From Lysobacteraceae bacterium (GTDB lineage Bacteria; Pseudomonadota; Gammaproteobacteria; Xanthomonadales; Xanthomonadaceae): a DNA stretch of 64,000 nucleotides. The DNA lies in NCBI GenBank assembly GCA_041395225.1, contig JAWLAV010000015.1, positions 2,892 to 66,891 on the forward strand. The letters run 5' to 3'. The translations under genes were made by a program, and so were the position numbers. How positions within the stretch are numbered: position 1 is the first letter of the stretch; each line of letters begins with the position of its first letter. Positions 28,957-38,225 of the stretch are shown piece after piece. The notes beneath the pieces are model-generated. The model was given only the letters and a program-made list of their open reading frames with translations. It was not told the DNA's origin and ran no database searches.

Positions 28957-29546
28957 TGAAGCCCGTCGTCCCCGAACTTCCGCCGTGTGCGCCGCGTTTC
29001 GGCAATGCCTTCACGCGATGGATCGGTCGCGCCGTGCTGCGGCTGTGCGGCTGGCGCATCGTGGGCGAATTCCCGGATGTACCGCGCATGGTGCTGGTGA
29101 TCGCGCCGCATTCCTCCTTCTGGGATGGCATCTTGGGCATCGCCGGGATGTTTGCGCTGGGCGTGCGGATCGAGTTCATGATCAAGGCCGAACTGTTCCG
29201 TGGCCCGCTGGGCTGGTTCCTGCGGATGGCGGGCGGCGTACCCATTGATCGCTCCCGCGCGCACGGCGTGGTGCAGCAGGCGGTGGCGCGCTTCAAACGC
29301 GAAGGTTCCACCTGGCTTCTGATTGCGCCGGAAGGCACGCGCCGCCGCGTGGAGCACTGGAAAAGCGGCTTCTGGCACATCGCCCGCACGGCGGACGTGC
29401 CGGTCTTCTGCGCGTATTTCCACTATCCCGAACGCATCATGGGTCTGGGTGTGCTGATGCGGACCACCGAAGATGCGGAAGCGGACATGGCCAGGCTGCG
29501 ACAGTGGTACGTGCCGTACATCGGCAAGAATCGCGGAACCGTGTAA
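28953..29546 (+). CDS. Lysophospholipid (1-acyl-sn-glycerol-3-phosphate-type) acyltransferase
   Basis: VIAPHSSFWDG is the HX4D acyltransferase motif, and IAPEGTR is also present. The track start 28947 is TTG; ATG 28953 overlaps the arfB stop. Confidence 0.7.
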   Translation: MMKPVVPELPPCAPRFGNAFTRWIGRAVLRLCGWRIVGEFPDVPRMVLVIAPHSSFWDGILGIAGMFALGVRIEFMIKAELFRGPLGWFLRMAGGVPIDRSRAHGVVQQAVARFKREGSTWLLIAPEGTRRRVEHWKSGFWHIARTADVPVFCAYFHYPERIMGLGVLMRTTEDAEADMARLRQWYVPYIGKNRGTV

Positions 29547-29596
29547 TGGCGAACTGGACTAGGGCACGGATGCGCCTCTACGCTTCGAACATTCGC

Positions 29597-29980
29597 ATGA
29601 CATCCACACTTTTCGGGGGCGCGTCGATGCACGCCATCATTCACGCGGGAACGGTTGCGTTGTTGACCGCAGGGCTGTTCTTCGCCACGCAGGCAAATGC
29701 AGCGGATCAGGACGACGAAGCCTGGATCGCCAGCTACGTCGCCAGCGGCAAGGCGCCGGGGCTGATCCGCAACAAATCGCAGGAACGGGGCATCGAGTTC
29801 GATGCGCTTTCCAGCATCACCGGCAAACGCGCGCGCTTCCTGCTCGCCAACGGGCGCGAGCGCATCGGCGTGGTGGAACAGGTCGAAAAGAACCGGGTGC
29901 ATCTGCGCTCCCAATACAACAGCGGCTATTTCCGCTACAGCCTGGCGCGCCGCGACATTCGCGCCATCAAGGTGGATTGA
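29597..29980 (+). CDS. Small secreted hypothetical protein
   Basis: Signal peptide (...MHAIIHAGTVALLTAGLFFATQANA). The start could be 29597 or 29627. Confidence 0.45.
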   Translation: MTSTLFGGASMHAIIHAGTVALLTAGLFFATQANAADQDDEAWIASYVASGKAPGLIRNKSQERGIEFDALSSITGKRARFLLANGRERIGVVEQVEKNRVHLRSQYNSGYFRYSLARRDIRAIKVD

Positions 29981-29982
29981 CC

Positions 29983-31089
29983 ATGTTCGGTCACGGCCTG
30001 CTGTTTCTTCTCTGCCTGGGCGCTGCGCTCTTTTTCACGCTGTGGATGGTGGTGCGCATCTGGCGGCGCAGCCCGCTGCTGGCGATTTTGAGTTTCCTGT
30101 TCTGGCCGGCATCGATCATCGCGCTCATCCTCTACTGGGGCGATGAGGATTCGGACATCCGCGTGCCGTTTTTCCTGAGCCTGGTCGCTACGGCCTTGCT
30201 GGCGTTCATGGCGATGCGTACCGTGGATGCCGGCATCAACGAGATGGCCGCCATGCTCAGCGACGCGGACATCGCCGAGATCCGCCGGGAAAACCCGGCA
30301 CTGGCCGATCAGCTCGAACGCGCCCGCAACGAGGCTCATGGGGACGAGGACGAGGCATATTCCGCTGGAATGATCGAGGCCCCCGTTTCCCGCCCTGCCG
30401 CGAACCCCGCACCGCGCGCGGAGGCCGTCGTCACCAATCCCGAATCCACCCACATCCCCGTTGCGCTGCCACCGGAAGAAGAGTTGGCGGAACAGGAGGC
30501 GCAGCACCGCTCCGAACTTTCGCAGGCCGCAACCTCGCTTTCCTGGCGCGTGGGCACGGTCGATCTGGCGCCGGCACCGGCGCGGTTGAAATTGCCTTCG
30601 CAATTCCGGCTGCTGGCGCGGCAATGGGTGATCCGGCTGGCGCGTCTGCACGGCGTGCCTTACGACAACTACGCGATGGGCTGGGTGGTGCACCAGAGCG
30701 TGGATCTGGGCCGTGAGGATGCGTGGTTCGTGCAGGTGCGCTTCCATCCGCAGGCCGAACGCTTCACGCCGCCCAGCGTGACCTTTGGCGAAGATACGCC
30801 AGAAGCGCTGGCGGCCTTCGTGGCACGCATTGCTGCCAAGGTTGATCCGCACAGCATCGATGCGCTTCTGTCCCCGAACTGGGACAAGGAAACGGGCGTG
30901 GCCACCTGGAACAGCGCCGAGGGCGATACCGCCGCTCCCACCAGTTACTACGCCGCGCACGTGGTGGATGGCGGCTTGCTGGTGTTCGTCGTTTCCAATG
31001 TGGACGACACTCACGCCGAATTGGCGCAGCGCAGCGTGCGGTTGATCGCCTCCAGGGCGCAGCCGTTCAAACGCGCACCGGGGCAGTGA
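29983..31089 (+). CDS. Membrane-anchored hypothetical protein
   Basis: Three N-terminal TM segments, an acidic/proline-rich linker and a globular C-terminal domain. The track start 29977 is TTG; the first ATG is at 29983. Any resemblance to DUF2167 is only tentative. Confidence 0.5.
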   Translation: MFGHGLLFLLCLGAALFFTLWMVVRIWRRSPLLAILSFLFWPASIIALILYWGDEDSDIRVPFFLSLVATALLAFMAMRTVDAGINEMAAMLSDADIAEIRRENPALADQLERARNEAHGDEDEAYSAGMIEAPVSRPAANPAPRAEAVVTNPESTHIPVALPPEEELAEQEAQHRSELSQAATSLSWRVGTVDLAPAPARLKLPSQFRLLARQWVIRLARLHGVPYDNYAMGWVVHQSVDLGREDAWFVQVRFHPQAERFTPPSVTFGEDTPEALAAFVARIAAKVDPHSIDALLSPNWDKETGVATWNSAEGDTAAPTSYYAAHVVDGGLLVFVVSNVDDTHAELAQRSVRLIASRAQPFKRAPGQ

Positions 31090-31093
31090 GGCC

Positions 31094-31825
31094 ATGTCTG
31101 CCCTGTCGAAGATCGTCTCCGGTGATCTTGAGGCCACCTTGCAGACGCAGGGCTTCGCCTTCGTCGAAGGTGCAACGATGCAAGCGTGGCTGGAACGCGC
31201 CGGCACGTTGAACGATTGGCATGCCTTCGCGCAAAGCTGGGCCGATCTGCATCTGGATACCTACATGGGCGATGGTGGGCGCTACCGCCGCCGCCGCCAT
31301 GCCGTGTTTCAGGCCGAGCGTGGTGCCGTGCCGCTGCGCCAATCGCACCAACCGCATTGGCAGAGCCTCAACTACAACCCGTTGAACGGCGGCCAGGAGC
31401 GCTGGTTCGAGCCGGTGACGGATGCCGCAGCCAGCAGTCAAAGCCTTGCCACGATCCTGCACTGGGGGCGGGAGATGTGCGACGACCTGGCACCGCAGGC
31501 CGCCACATGGCGGATCGAAGTGCACCAGTTCCGCATCGAAGCCGCACCCGATGCGCCGGGCCAGCCCACGCCCGAAGGAATGCACCGCGATGGTGTGGAT
31601 TTCGTGCTGGTGCTGCTGGTGGGCCGCTACAACATCCGTGAAGGCACCACCTCGATCCTGTCGCTGGATGGCAAGCTGCTGGGCAGCTTCACGCTCACCG
31701 TGCCCTTCGATGCGGCTATCGTGGAGGATGCCCGCGTGTTCCACGGCGTTACTGCGGTGGAGCCGCTTGATCCGGCGCAACCGGCCTGCCGCGATGTGTT
31801 GGTGGTGACGTACCGGCGCATCTGA
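31094..31825 (+). CDS. 2OG-Fe dioxygenase family protein
   Basis: VHQFRIEA...GQPTPEGMHRDGVDFVLVLLVGRYNIREGTTSI...FHGVTAV matches the PF10014-type 2OG-Fe dioxygenase pattern as I recall it. Confidence 0.6.
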   Translation: MSALSKIVSGDLEATLQTQGFAFVEGATMQAWLERAGTLNDWHAFAQSWADLHLDTYMGDGGRYRRRRHAVFQAERGAVPLRQSHQPHWQSLNYNPLNGGQERWFEPVTDAAASSQSLATILHWGREMCDDLAPQAATWRIEVHQFRIEAAPDAPGQPTPEGMHRDGVDFVLVLLVGRYNIREGTTSILSLDGKLLGSFTLTVPFDAAIVEDARVFHGVTAVEPLDPAQPACRDVLVVTYRRI

Positions 31826-31940
31826 GCGTCATCCGAACGAATGGACGGGCAACGATGTCCGGTTTTCGCCCCGTGCTCCGTATTCCTGTGCATCGTGCCT
31901 GTTGCGCGATCCCTTCGACCCTTCCATGAGGAGTTCCGAC

Positions 31941-32513
31941 ATGAAAAAGTTGACCTGGCTGGTGTTGCCCGCCCTGATGCTCGCCGCTTCCCAGGCGCAC
32001 GCCGATGCCAAGAGCGATGTGATTGCCGCTTACGAGAAGGCCTACGCCAAGGGCCGCTACACCGCCACCATGACCGGCGAATCCCGCGGCAAGGCGCAGC
32101 GCACTACGGTGCGCGTGCAGTTTCCCGGGAGCTTCCACATCATCACGGATGCGAGCGAGATCATCGTGTTGCCCGGCGGCACCTACATGAAAGCGGGCGC
32201 GCAATGGATGCAGGTGCCGGTGGACATGAGCAAGATGGTCGAGAACGTCAGCATGAATGCCTACAAGGAAGGTGCGAACGCCGTGCAGGACGTGCGCGAA
32301 ATCGGCAGCCGCAACGTCGGTGGTTGCAATGCCACGCTCTATGCCTACCGCGTCGATGGCAAGACCATGGGGCTGCGCAACGAAGCCGATGTGGAACTGG
32401 CCGTGTGCAACAGCAGCGGCCTGCCCGTGCAGGTGGTATCTGCCGACAAGAAGAACCGCAGTTCCGTGGATTTCGATTTCGAGACGTCATTCGAGATCAA
32501 GCGCCCGATGTGA
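31941..32513 (+). CDS. Secreted hypothetical protein
   Basis: Trimmed to ATG 31941 (MKKLTWLVLPALMLAASQAHA, a signal peptide). Confidence 0.5.
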   Translation: MKKLTWLVLPALMLAASQAHADAKSDVIAAYEKAYAKGRYTATMTGESRGKAQRTTVRVQFPGSFHIITDASEIIVLPGGTYMKAGAQWMQVPVDMSKMVENVSMNAYKEGANAVQDVREIGSRNVGGCNATLYAYRVDGKTMGLRNEADVELAVCNSSGLPVQVVSADKKNRSSVDFDFETSFEIKRPM

Positions 32514-32526
32514 CGGTAGCCACTTC

Positions 32527-32633
32527 GTAGGTCGGCTCAAGCGCCGCAGGCGCGGAGCCGACAGGGAAGCGCGGAACCGACATTTCCTGCGGAATCCGTC
32601 GGCTCCACCGCTTCGCGGCTTGAGCCGACCTAC
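32527..32633. repeat. Nested-hairpin REP element, copy 1
   Basis: The outer inverted repeat is AGGTCGGCTCAAG...CTTGAGCCGACCT, with inner GGAACCGAC / GTCGGCTCC arms. It shares these blocks with 37197..37281 and fills the gap between convergent stops. Confidence 0.7.
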
Positions 32634-32645
32634 GGGAAAGCCGGG

Positions 32646-34889
32646 CTACAGCTCGAAGCGGTAGGCAAGCTTGACCACCAATTGCTCGTCATTGCGCAGC
32701 GAGAACGCATCACCCAACAGCGTGCTGGTGGATTCGGAAATCTCCTCGAACGCATCGCCGCCGCGCCCATAGACCACGTAGAGGTAGGACAGCGGTGCCA
32801 GTTCGTAGCGGTAGCGCACCTGGAAGCCGAGGGTGTGCAGGCTGAAATCGGGCACTGGCGCAGCGCTCACCTGCACGCGGCCATCGGGCTGCACGTCCCA
32901 GGCGTCGCGCAGTTCCGCATCCATGCCCAGCGCCTGCAACTTCACGCGCAGTTCCTGGCGCTCGTCGATGTTCCAGTTCACCGAGCCGTTGAGCCGCAGC
33001 GAGTGCTGTGCGAATTCGCCCACGGTGTTGCCGCCGCGCCAGAGCATCCAATCGGATACGCGCTCGGCGCGCAGGTCCACCGTGAAACTCAAGGCATCGC
33101 TGGCGAACCACGTCGGCCCGAACCCCGCCGTCCAGCCCAGGTTGTCATTGCCCGCCAACCCGCCGCTGAAGACTTCGGCGAAGGTGAAGAATCCCCAATT
33201 CCCCTTGCGCGGGCGTTCGAACTCGATGTGGCTGTTGAAGTTGGCCGGCAGCCACAGCGGGTTGCCGCCGCGCGTGATGCGATCCTCGAAACCGGCGCTG
33301 TTGACGTTGATCTGCGCGTACAGATAACTGCCATCGCGCAGGCGGCTTTCCCGGCTCAGGCGGAACTGGCGTTGCAGCTTCAGGCCATGATCGTTGTCGG
33401 TGAAGCTCACCCGCGCGCGCCAGTCGTGCGAGGCGAAGACGGAGCTTTCCGGCAATTCGGTGATCCGTCTGGATACCTGGTAGTGGCCGTAGTTGAGGTT
33501 GTTGCGCGAGAGGAAACCGAAATCGTTGATTTGCAGATCGTCGCCGAAGTGCATCGCCATGAACTGCTGTCGCCAGCCGCGCGCCATTTCGTAATCCGCC
33601 CAGAGCGTGCCGCCGCTGCCGCGCGTGGTCTGCCCGGCCTCGTCGATGCTGCTGCCGATCAGGCGCGTGCGAACCGTCCACTTCGCACTTGGCCGCCAGT
33701 CGTGATCGAGGCCGAGCACGTTGGCATCGCGGTCGAGAAACGGATGCTCCACCTGGGTGAACATCAGGCCCAGGTTCTGCGCGCTGAAATCGTGTACCAG
33801 CCGCAACGCGCGAAACGAACGGCCCACCGCATCGCCTTCCTCGGCCAGGAACATGCCGTATTTGGTGGAGCCGAAGTTGCCGTTGAACTTGAGCGCGGCA
33901 GTGATGTCGCCCGCACCGCTGCCATCGTCGTTCGCGCCGCCGACGCGACGGGTGTACAGCAACTGGCTGTAATCCGAAGGCGTGGTGAACTCGAACAGGC
34001 CCTGGTTCTCGGTGAAGAACGGGCGCTTGTCGCTGAAGAAGGTTTCGTTCGCGCTGAAGTTCACCACCAGATCGTCGCTTTCCACCTGGCCGAAATCCGG
34101 GTTGACGGTGGCTGTCAACTGGAATTGGCCGTTCGGCTTCCAGAACACATCCGCGCCGCCGTCCAAATCGCTGTCGTGGCGCACGTTGTCGTACAGGCCG
34201 GAGATGTACGGCGTTATCGCCAGCAGCGCGGTGGAATAGGCGGTGATTTCCATCGGCTCGAAATCCGAAAGAAAGCGCGGGCGCTCGAAGCTCGCCAGTG
34301 GCCAGGCCATGCGTTCGCCGGTCGCACCGACCACCCGATCCAGATAGATGCGAACGCTGCGCTTGCCATTCGCGCCTTTGGCCATCGGTGCGATGTACCA
34401 GGGAATCAGCATTTCCGCCGACCAGCCTTCGTCATCGGAACTGACCGCGTGCTGCCAGTTGCCATCCCAGTCCCGGCTGAACTGCGATTGGTTGGTGATG
34501 ACCGCATCGTTGATGCCGTTGCTGGCGCTCACCATGAAGTTGTAGCCGGTGCGCCCATCGCCTTCGAAGTCGATCATCAGGTTGACCTTGTCCACCTGCG
34601 CCTGTTCATCGCGCTGGATCTTTTGCACGGTACGCGGAACCTCCGGCGGCTGCGCTGCGCGGAACGCCACGGCCAGCCCTTCCGGCGTGGCCAGAATCCA
34701 GGCTTCGGTCGGCAGTGAGCCAGGTTCCCCCGTCAAGGGCTGGGTGCTGCGGAAATCGGTGACGTGGCGCGCGCCGCGCCATTCGTCCGGGTCGATGGCG
34801 CCATCCACCACGATCTGCGCCAGCGCGGGCGTGGAAAGCGTCGGCAGCAGGATCAGGCCGGAAAGGGACTGCAAGGCGGATCGGGACAT
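32646..34889 (-). CDS. Secreted/outer-membrane protein with carbohydrate-binding family 9-like N-terminus (DUF5916-like)
   Basis: Trimmed to ATG 34889 (MSRSALQSLSGLILLPTLSTPALA). IVVDGAIDPDEWRGARHVTDF is CBM9-like. The long beta-rich C-terminal region ends in ...LAYRFEL. Confidence 0.6.
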   Translation of the reverse strand: MSRSALQSLSGLILLPTLSTPALAQIVVDGAIDPDEWRGARHVTDFRSTQPLTGEPGSLPTEAWILATPEGLAVAFRAAQPPEVPRTVQKIQRDEQAQVDKVNLMIDFEGDGRTGYNFMVSASNGINDAVITNQSQFSRDWDGNWQHAVSSDDEGWSAEMLIPWYIAPMAKGANGKRSVRIYLDRVVGATGERMAWPLASFERPRFLSDFEPMEITAYSTALLAITPYISGLYDNVRHDSDLDGGADVFWKPNGQFQLTATVNPDFGQVESDDLVVNFSANETFFSDKRPFFTENQGLFEFTTPSDYSQLLYTRRVGGANDDGSGAGDITAALKFNGNFGSTKYGMFLAEEGDAVGRSFRALRLVHDFSAQNLGLMFTQVEHPFLDRDANVLGLDHDWRPSAKWTVRTRLIGSSIDEAGQTTRGSGGTLWADYEMARGWRQQFMAMHFGDDLQINDFGFLSRNNLNYGHYQVSRRITELPESSVFASHDWRARVSFTDNDHGLKLQRQFRLSRESRLRDGSYLYAQINVNSAGFEDRITRGGNPLWLPANFNSHIEFERPRKGNWGFFTFAEVFSGGLAGNDNLGWTAGFGPTWFASDALSFTVDLRAERVSDWMLWRGGNTVGEFAQHSLRLNGSVNWNIDERQELRVKLQALGMDAELRDAWDVQPDGRVQVSAAPVPDFSLHTLGFQVRYRYELAPLSYLYVVYGRGGDAFEEISESTSTLLGDAFSLRNDEQLVVKLAYRFEL

Positions 34890-35234
34890 GGGCGAGGTAC
34901 TCCGGCCACTTGTGGGTGATGGCACGGGCAAGATGGCCCTGTGCCGCGCGTGAGTGAAATGTCGTTGGTCATGCCATCGAATCGTTTTTCATGACCCGCT
35001 TCCGTAGAGCGCAGCTGGCGGCGCTCAAAACGCTGATGCATCGGGCGAACTTGTCATGGACGCAGCGACAGGCGCGGCCGTTAACAGGCAGGATCGACAC
35101 GGCTCCGGATGGATCGTGTGCCGGGCATGAAGTTCCATTGAATGGCCGAGGAACTTTCCGTACGCCGCCGTTCGCGCTTGCGCAAAGCAACGGAGTCTGG
35201 TCGGATGCGGCCACCTTCCCATCAGGCTTGGCCC

Positions 35235-37136
35235 ATGTCCGGACACAGCCAATTCGATCTGCTGCGCCGTCGTCGCTTCCTGCCGTTTTTCCTCGCCCAG
35301 GCCACCGGCGCGTTCAACGACAACCTCTACAAGAACGCGCTGATCGTGCTGATCGCGTTCAAGATCGCAGGGTTGACCAGCGCGCAGATCGACCTGTATT
35401 CCAACCTCGCCGCAGGTTTGTTCATCCTGCCGTTCTTCCTGTTCTCCGCCACCGCCGGGCAATGGGCGGAGAAGGTGGAGAAATCCCGCGCGATTGCACA
35501 GGTGAAGCTGCTGGAAATCGCCATCATGGTGGCGGCAGGGTTTGCGTTGTGGAGCAGTTCGTTGCCGTTCCTGCTGGCGGTGTTGTTCCTGCTCGGTACG
35601 CAGAGCGCGCTGTTCGGGCCGTTGAAGTATTCGATCCTGCCTCAGGCCTTGAAACCTGCCGAACTGGTGGGCGGCAATGCGCTGGTGGAGGCGGGTACCT
35701 TTCTTGCCATCCTCACCGGCACGCTGGCCGGTGGAGTGCTCATCAATCTGGACAAGGGCAAGCTCGCCGTCACCCTCGCGCTGTTGGTGGTTGCGATTGC
35801 CGGATGGCTTGCCGCACGGGCGATTCCGCAAGCACCGGCCAGTTCGCCGGGGTTGAAGATCAACTGGAATCCGGTGAGCGAAACCTGGCGCAATCTCACC
35901 TTCCTGCGCGGCCATCGCGCAGTGTTGAACTCGGTGCTGGGCGTGAGCTGGTTCTGGTTCTTCGGTTCCATCTTCGTGGCGCAACTGCCCAACTACACGC
36001 GCTTGTATCTGGGTGGAGACGCCACGGTCACGCCATTGGTGCTGATGCTGTTCTCGCTCGGCATCGGCGCAGGTTCGCTGCTGTGCGAAGTGCTCAGCCG
36101 CCGCACCGTGGAAATCGGCCTGGTGCCCTTGGGCGCATTGGGCCTCACCTTGTTCGGCGTGGATCTGTATTTCGCCCGCCCGGAAATGACGGACATCACA
36201 GGGCTATCGTGGCGCGAATTCCTCGCCGCCGCCGGCAACTTGCGCATCTGCTTCGATCTCGTTGCCATCGGCATTTCCGGTGGCCTGTACGTGGTGCCGC
36301 TGTTCGCCTTGATCCAGCAGCGCGCACCCGCCGAACACCTCTCGCGCACGATCGCCGCCAACAATATCCTCAACGCCGCCTTCATGGTGGCCGCCGCCGT
36401 GATGGCGATCGCGGTGCTGAACCTGGGCCTGATGTTCGGCATCCACATCAACGTGCCGCAACTGCTGTTGATCACTGCCTTGTTGAACGCAGCGGTTGCG
36501 ATCTACATCTTCACCCTCGTGCCCGAATTCGTGGCGCGCTTCCTTGCGTGGATGGCTGCGAAGGCGTTGTATCGGCTGGAGGTGAAGGGCATCGAACAAG
36601 TGCCGGATCACGGTGCCGCGCTGGTGGTGTGCAACCACGTCAGCTTCATGGATGCCGTGCTGGTGATGGGCGCCTTGCCGCGCCCGGCGCGCTTCGTGAT
36701 GTATTACAAGATCTTCCGTCAGCCGCTGATGAACATCGTCTTCCGCGCCGCCCGCGCCATTCCCATCGCGGGCATCAAGGAAGATGAAGCACTGATGGAA
36801 GACGCCTTCGCGAAGATCGATGCCGCATTGGCGGAAGGGGAAATCGTCGGCATCTTCCCCGAAGGTGGCCTCACCACGGACGGGGAGATCGCGAAATTCC
36901 GCAAAGGCGTGGAGCGCATCCTCGCCACTCGCCCCGTGCCCGTGGTGCCGATGGCCCTGTGCGGCATGTGGGAAAGCATGTGGAGCCGTCGGGATTCTGC
37001 GCTTGCCCGCGCTCGCCTGCCGCGCCGCTTCCGTGCCCATGTGGAACTGCGCGTGGGCGCGCCGGTTTCACCGGAGGAGGCGAGCGCAGAAGCGCTGGAA
37101 GCCAAGGTGCGGGAATTGCGCGGGGCGGATCGTTAA
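35235..37136 (+). CDS. MFS lysophospholipid transporter (LplT-like) fused to an acyltransferase domain
   Basis: Trimmed to ATG 35235. The N-terminal part is a 12-TM MFS domain (FLPFFLAQATGAFNDNLYKNAL). The C-terminal PlsC-type domain carries VCNHVSFMDAV (HX4D) and FPEGGLT. Confidence 0.8.
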   Translation: MSGHSQFDLLRRRRFLPFFLAQATGAFNDNLYKNALIVLIAFKIAGLTSAQIDLYSNLAAGLFILPFFLFSATAGQWAEKVEKSRAIAQVKLLEIAIMVAAGFALWSSSLPFLLAVLFLLGTQSALFGPLKYSILPQALKPAELVGGNALVEAGTFLAILTGTLAGGVLINLDKGKLAVTLALLVVAIAGWLAARAIPQAPASSPGLKINWNPVSETWRNLTFLRGHRAVLNSVLGVSWFWFFGSIFVAQLPNYTRLYLGGDATVTPLVLMLFSLGIGAGSLLCEVLSRRTVEIGLVPLGALGLTLFGVDLYFARPEMTDITGLSWREFLAAAGNLRICFDLVAIGISGGLYVVPLFALIQQRAPAEHLSRTIAANNILNAAFMVAAAVMAIAVLNLGLMFGIHINVPQLLLITALLNAAVAIYIFTLVPEFVARFLAWMAAKALYRLEVKGIEQVPDHGAALVVCNHVSFMDAVLVMGALPRPARFVMYYKIFRQPLMNIVFRAARAIPIAGIKEDEALMEDAFAKIDAALAEGEIVGIFPEGGLTTDGEIAKFRKGVERILATRPVPVVPMALCGMWESMWSRRDSALARARLPRRFRAHVELRVGAPVSPEEASAEALEAKVRELRGADR

Positions 37137-37196
37137 TCTTGCCGCGTCAAAAAATGCCGTGCGGCCGATTTCAACGCAACCACGAACACAACCACG

Positions 37197-37281
37197 CAGG
37201 TCGGCTCAAGGCGCGAAGCGCTGGAACCGACATCCCGCACAATCCCGTCGGCTCCACGCCTGCGGCGCTTGAGCCGACCTG
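37197..37281. repeat. Nested-hairpin REP element, copy 2
   Basis: It has the same outer (AGGTCGGCTCAAG/CTTGAGCCGACCT) and inner (GGAACCGACAT ... AATCCCGTCGGCTCCAC) blocks as copy 1, and it also lies between convergent stops. Confidence 0.7.
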
Positions 37282-37299
37282 CGTTGGACAATTTTCGTC

Positions 37300-38112
37300 T
37301 TAGGGTTCCGGCTTGCGGAACGGCAGCACCACGCCGCGCGGTTCTTGCTGCGGGTCGGGCCGTTGCCACAGCACCGGCACATTGCCCGGCGCTGCAGGTT
37401 CGTAGGTGTCGCGGTCGCGCTGGGCCAGTTCGTCCTGCACAGGTTCGAGGGTTTCGTCTTCGTTTTCCCACGAATACACCTTGCGCGGTGGTGCGGGATC
37501 TCGGCGGAAGAGCAGGATCGCGGCCAGCGTGCCGGAGAGCGCGCCGAACAAATGTGCCTCCCACGAGACTTTCGGATCGCCCGGCAGCACGGTGAGCAAC
37601 ATGCCGCCGTAGAGGAAGAAGGCGATCATCGCCGCTGCCACGCCGGGCCGGTCGCGGCGCAGGAGGCCAAGCACGAACAGGAAGAACATCAGTCCGTGGC
37701 TCAGGCCACTGGCGCCGATATGGACGGAATGATCCTGCCCGAACAGCCAGATGCCTGTGCCCGAACCGAGCCAGATCAACACCATGGCTGGTTTGAACGC
37801 GCGCGGATAGATCGCCAGCGCCAGCGTGCCAAGCACGATCAGCGGCAAGGTGTTGTTGATGAGATGTCCGACGGAGCCATGCACCAGCGGCGAGGTGAAG
37901 ATGCCGATCAGGCCGGACAGCGTGCGCGGGGCCACGCCCAGCCCGCCGAAGCCGGTGCCGATCCAGCTGCCGATCAGTTCGATCCACCACAACGCCGAAA
38001 CGAAGACCGCCGAAGCGAACAGCGCACGGAAGAACCGTCCGCGATCGGCTCGCGCCTGTTCGCGGGGGTCGGCGTGGGGTTCGTGGGCAGGAATATCCAT
38101 CGGGGCGTCCAT
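37300..38112 (-). CDS. Rhomboid-family intramembrane serine protease
   Basis: Six TM segments carry GASGLSHGL (catalytic Ser) and HLFGALSG (catalytic His). Confidence 0.8.
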   Translation of the reverse strand: MDAPMDIPAHEPHADPREQARADRGRFFRALFASAVFVSALWWIELIGSWIGTGFGGLGVAPRTLSGLIGIFTSPLVHGSVGHLINNTLPLIVLGTLALAIYPRAFKPAMVLIWLGSGTGIWLFGQDHSVHIGASGLSHGLMFFLFVLGLLRRDRPGVAAAMIAFFLYGGMLLTVLPGDPKVSWEAHLFGALSGTLAAILLFRRDPAPPRKVYSWENEDETLEPVQDELAQRDRDTYEPAAPGNVPVLWQRPDPQQEPRGVVLPFRKPEP

Positions 38113-38174
38113 GCGGGGGAGTCGGATGGATGCGGGCGGGACGGAGAGAACACAAGTGCAAGGGTTCCCGGAAA

Positions 38175-38203
38175 CGAAAACGGGCCGCGCAAGGCGACCC
38201 GTT
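38175..38203 (-). terminator. Candidate terminator downstream of pilU
   Basis: AACGGG...CCCGTT stem with an internal CGC/GCG extension. On the minus strand it is followed by TTTTCGTTTCC. Confidence 0.4.
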
Positions 38204-38225
38204 CAGGAACGTGTTTCCGCCACGC

